This document shows positions 59,721 to 64,000 of a DNA stretch of 64,000 nt, piece after piece. This DNA is from Mizuhopecten yessoensis (lineage: Eukaryota), in assembly GCF_002113885.1 (NCBI RefSeq), contig NW_018408921.1, positions 1,934,615 through 1,998,614 of the forward strand, read 5' to 3'. Below the pieces are notes generated by a model. That model was not told where the DNA came from and searched no databases. It was given only the letters and a program-made list of their open reading frames with translations. The position numbers and the translations under genes are program-made. Every line of letters starts with the position of its first letter. The stretch's first letter is position 1.

Positions 59721-60158
59721 CTTTTCATATTACAGACAACTGATCCACTTGTTTGATCTCTTACAAGAGTTTTTGCTCATGCATTATAAACCATTATCAA
59801 TAGTTTAAATATGTTGATGAACCAAGACAGACTGACCTGATGACCATGAAAATAATTTGTGACCTCTGATTTAACCTCCATCTTATTCACATTCGACCTT
59901 AAAATTATTTCACATCAATGTTTACCTAACAACTCTTCCACATAAGCAATAATGAAATTAGTTTCACAGTGTTGACATTAATCAATATCAGTGTTGACAT
60001 TATTCAATATCAGTGTTGACATTAATCACTATCAGTGTTGAGATTATTCAATATCAGTGTTGACATTATATAATATCAGTGTTGACATTAATCAATATCA
60101 GTGTTGACATTATTCAATATCAGTGTTTACATTAATCAATATCGGTGTTGACATTATT

Positions 60159-60737
60159 CAATCTAACTAAAATTATATCTTCACATCGCTCCCGTTTACT
60201 GATATGTCGCGTTGAAGATCTAGCAACTTCCCGTAGAGGGTCATGTTCAAGCGACCTTTGCATTAACCAATCAGATGAGAGCTTACGCATTTCTGTAAGT
60301 GATGATGTAATGATTTCGGAACACACTTGCTATGATAAAAGACCGAGAGGTGTCAAATGAGCATCGAAAATGGCGGCGCCCATGACACCATGCCGTGTCT
60401 ATCTACAAGACAACGTTTGTAGAATTTGTGGATTTTGCTTTGAAATAAGGGAGACTTCCTCTTCTGGTGATGTTGTCATTAAAAGTTTAACAACCTGAAA
60501 CTAAAATTAACCAATGACATGGATTTTGGGCTACGAGGTGTCTGCAATAAATGCTACAGGTCCTGCTTTCTGATTGGTTGAATGAAAGAGTTATGTCGCG
60601 TTTTGATTGGCTTGTTATAAATGCGATAATGCATTCATGTTGACCTCTGACGTGGCCCTCTATGGGATGTTGTTAGATCTTCAACGCGACATATCAGTAA
60701 ACGGGAGCGATGTGAAGATATAATTTTAATTAGATTG
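60159..60737. mobile_element. Non-autonomous DNA transposon, ~85-bp TIRs, 9-bp TSD (GACATTATT), Mutator-like by TSD/TIR length
   Basis: CAATCTAA.TAAAATTATATCTTCACATCGCTCCCGTTTACTGATATGTCGCGTTGAAGATCTA with a near-exact reverse complement at the right end; GACATTATT at 60150-60158 and 60738-60746. Confidence 0.88.
60370..60560 (+). pseudogene. Frameshifted remnant of a CxxC...CxxC (zf-AD/ZAD-like) zinc-finger N-terminus inside the TIR element
   Basis: MAAPMTPCRVYLQDNVCRICGFCFEIRETSSSGDVVI / (frameshift in the A-run at ~60481) KFNNLKLKLTNDMDFGLRGVCNKCYR. Confidence 0.55.
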
Positions 60738-61304
60738 GACATTATTCAATATCAGTGGTGACATATGATATCAGTGGTGACATTTGATATTAGTTTTGAC
60801 ATTATTCGATATTGGTCTTGACATCACTCGATATAAGTGTTGACATTATTCAATATTAATTTTGACATAATTCAATATCAGTGTTGACATTAATCATGTG
60901 GACATTAATCAATTTCAGTGTTGACATTATTCATGGGGACATTATTCCATATCAGTTTTGACATTATTCCATATCAGTTTTGACATTATTCAATAACAGT
61001 TTTGACATTAATCCATATCAATATACTCATTATAAATGTTGACATTAATCAATATAAGTGTTGATATTATTGCTGCTACAAATCATGTTGACCTTACTAT
61101 TGATTAACATCAGTGTTGGCGTTGCCATTCCACAGGAAGGTTTACGTTATAACTTCAACACCAAAGTTGACCTGATTTCCACAGATTAATGAAGATCATA
61201 TTACCATTGCATATTGGTCTTGACCTTATTAATGTTGACGAACTATTCTACATCAATATTGACCTTATTATACACCAATCTAGTTTAATTACTGTATCGC
61301 TTCA

Positions 61305-63310
61305 TTGTTGACTTTATTACTATAACCTTTAATGATGACTGATAACTTCAACTTTATGTTGACTTTATTACCATAACCCTCGATGATGACTGATAACTTC
61401 AACATCAATGTTGACTTTATCACCATAACCCTAAACGATGACTGATGACTTCAACATCAATGTTGTCTTTATCACCATAACCCTCGATGATGACTGATAA
61501 CTTCAACATCAACGTTGACTTTATCACCATAACCCTCAATGAAGACTGATAACTTAAACATCTATGTTGACTTTATCACCATAACCGTCAATGATGACTG
61601 ATAACTTCAACATCAATGCTGACTTTATCACCGTTACCCTCAATGACGACTGATAACTTCAACATCAATGTTGTCTTTATCACCATACCCCTCGATGATG
61701 ACTGATAACTTCAACATCAATGCTGACTTTATCACCGTTGCCCTCAATGACGACTGATAACTTCAACATCAAAGTTGACTTTATTACCATAACCCTCGAT
61801 GATGACTGATTACTTCAACATCAATGTTGACTTTATAACCATAACCGTCAATGACTGATAACTTCAACATCAATGGTGACTTTATCACCGTAACCCTCAA
61901 TGATGACTGATAACTTTAACATCAATGTTGACTTTATTACCATAATCCTCAACGATGACTGATAAATTCAACATCAATGTTGACTTTATTATCATAACCC
62001 TCAATGATAACTGATAACTTCAACATCAATGTTGGCTTTATAACCATAACCCTAAACGATGACTGATAACTTCAACATCAATGCTGACTTTATCACCGTT
62101 GCCCTCAATGACGACTGATAACTTCAACATCAAAGTTGACTTTATTACTGTAACCCTCAATGATGACTGATAACTGCAACATCAATGTTGACTTTATCAC
62201 CATAACCCACAATGATGACTGATAACTTCAACATCAACGTTGACTTTATCACCATAACCCTCAATGAAGACTGATAACTTCAACATCTATGTTGACTTTA
62301 TCACCATAACCGTCAATGATGACTGATAAGTTCAACATCAATGTTGTCTTTATAACATAACCCTAAACGATGACTGATGACTTCACCATCAATGTTGTCT
62401 TTATAACCATAACCCTAAATGATGACTGATGACTTCAACATCAATGTTGACTTTATGACCGTAACCCTCAACGATGACTGATAACTTCAACATCAATGCT
62501 GACTTTATCACCGTTGCCCTCAATGACGACTGATAACTTCAACATCAAAGTTGACTTTATTACTGTAACCCTCAATGATGACTGATAACTTCAATATCAA
62601 TGTTGACTTTATCACCTTAACACTCAATGACTGATAACTTCAACATCAATGCTGACTTTATTACACTAATCCTCAACGATGACTGATAACTTTAACATCA
62701 ATGTTGTCTTTATAACCATAACCCTAAACGATGACTGATGACTTCAACATCAATGTTGACTTTATCACCTTAACCCTCAATGACTGATAACTTCAACATC
62801 AATGTTGACTTTATCACCATAACCCTCAATGAAGACTGATAACTTCAACATCTATGTTGACTTTATCACCATAACCGTCAATGACTGATAACTTCAACAT
62901 CAATGTTGACTTGATCACCATAACCGTCAATGATGACTGATAACTTCAACATCGATGTTGACTTGATCACCATAACCGTCAATGATGACTGATGACTTCA
63001 ACATCAATGTTGACTTTAGCACCATAACCCTCAATGAAGACTGATAACTTCAACATCTATGTTGACTTTATTACCATAACCGTCAATGACTGATAACTTC
63101 AACATAAATGTTGACTTTATCACCATATCCCTCAATGATGACTGATAACTTCATTATTACTATAACCTTTAATGATGACTGATAACTTCAACGTCAATGT
63201 TGACTTTATCACCATATCCCTCAATGATGACTGATAACTGCAAGATCAATGTTGACTTTATCACCGTAACCCTCAATGATGACTGATAACTTCAACATCA
63301 ATGTTGTCCT
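61305..63310. repeat. 52-bp satellite, ~38 copies (49-bp variants), followed by a ~26-bp repeat x4 to ~63410
   Basis: AATGATGACTGATAACTTCAACATCAATGTTGACTTTATCACCATAACCCTC. Confidence 0.98.
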
Positions 63311-63656
63311 CATTACTTTTCAACTGAAATGTGGCTTTATGACTTTTCCACTGAAGTGTGGCTTTATGACTTTTCCAATGAAGTGTGGCTTTATGACTTT
63401 TCCACTGATTAAAATTGATCTCATAACTCGATGTTTTTATCAGTGTGACTTAACCATTGTTCTTCAACACCCAATTTCAATGTTGGTTATGTTCCTGCAT
63501 AATTGCGTTGGTCTTCATTAAACACATCAGACTAGTCTATTTTTTTATCACATACCTATGTAATCTTACAATAGTAATACAACAATTTTCTGTTGATGTT
63601 TTCTGTCGGTTTGTATCACACATGGGTGATACAAGATGTTGTATCACCATACAAGC

Positions 63657-63906
63657 CGGAACTACTTTTTATGGGAATCCCGACCTGGCGAACTTTTCTG
63701 AAAAGTTCCCAGTATTTCCAAAAAAATATCAAAGTTCATAAAAATCTTTGTATCGATCTCTACCAAATATGCGATAAAAGCAAGACCACACACTTTTAAC
63801 AAATCAGAAAGCACTCATTCCGCACACTCTTGAATATATTCGTCCGCGCAATAATCTTGCGCTTTCTGATTCGTTAGAAAAACACAAGTGTGTGGTCTTG
63901 CATATG
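63657..63906. mobile_element. Reverse-complement copy of the 22721-22990 repeat
   Basis: CGGAACTACTTTTTATGGGAATCCC...CAAGTGTGTGGTCTTGCATA. Confidence 0.75.
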
Positions 63907-64000
63907 TATCATCTGCAAGGTGTCGCATAAAGAGCATTGGATTTTGTCAAGACATACTGTATGCCGATAAATGTTCGCCCTTTGACTGTAAAATCCATTT

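Larger units (their letters stand above)
59965..61065. repeat. 22-bp minisatellite (CAATATCAGTGTTGACATTATT) interrupted by a TIR element
   Basis: Direct reading of 59965-60158 and 60738-61065. Confidence 0.92.

Overview
AT-rich eukaryotic genomic DNA, most likely from a bivalve mollusc (inferred from repeat families and intron style; not verified). The window holds one complete protein-coding gene on the + strand, a SKI/SnoN (SKIL)-family Smad co-repressor. I reconstruct it as 7 coding exons: join(11973..12878, 26872..27068, 27390..27479, 33426..33649, 34134..34339, 34906..35091, 51360..51659), 2109 nt, 702 aa, with GT-AG introns in compatible phases. It is followed by a putative repeat-poor 3' UTR of about 8 kb. 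The rest is introns and flanks containing minisatellite/satellite arrays (about 59, 71, 107/144, 33, 47, 22 and 52 bp units), about 12 copies of a 91-bp TTAA-flanked micro-MITE, other MITEs, HINE/Helentron-like elements and tRNA-derived SINEs. There is no prokaryotic system, CRISPR array or intact transposase. The most notable observations are: a TAATG-linked uORF pair overlapping the SKI start; a Smad/BMP-type element fused to a CRE upstream; a MITE-bounded inverted duplication of about 385 bp in intron 3; DNA-transposon-like and LTR-like elements carrying tRNA-like heads; and a TIR element with a 9-bp TSD carrying a zinc-finger remnant.
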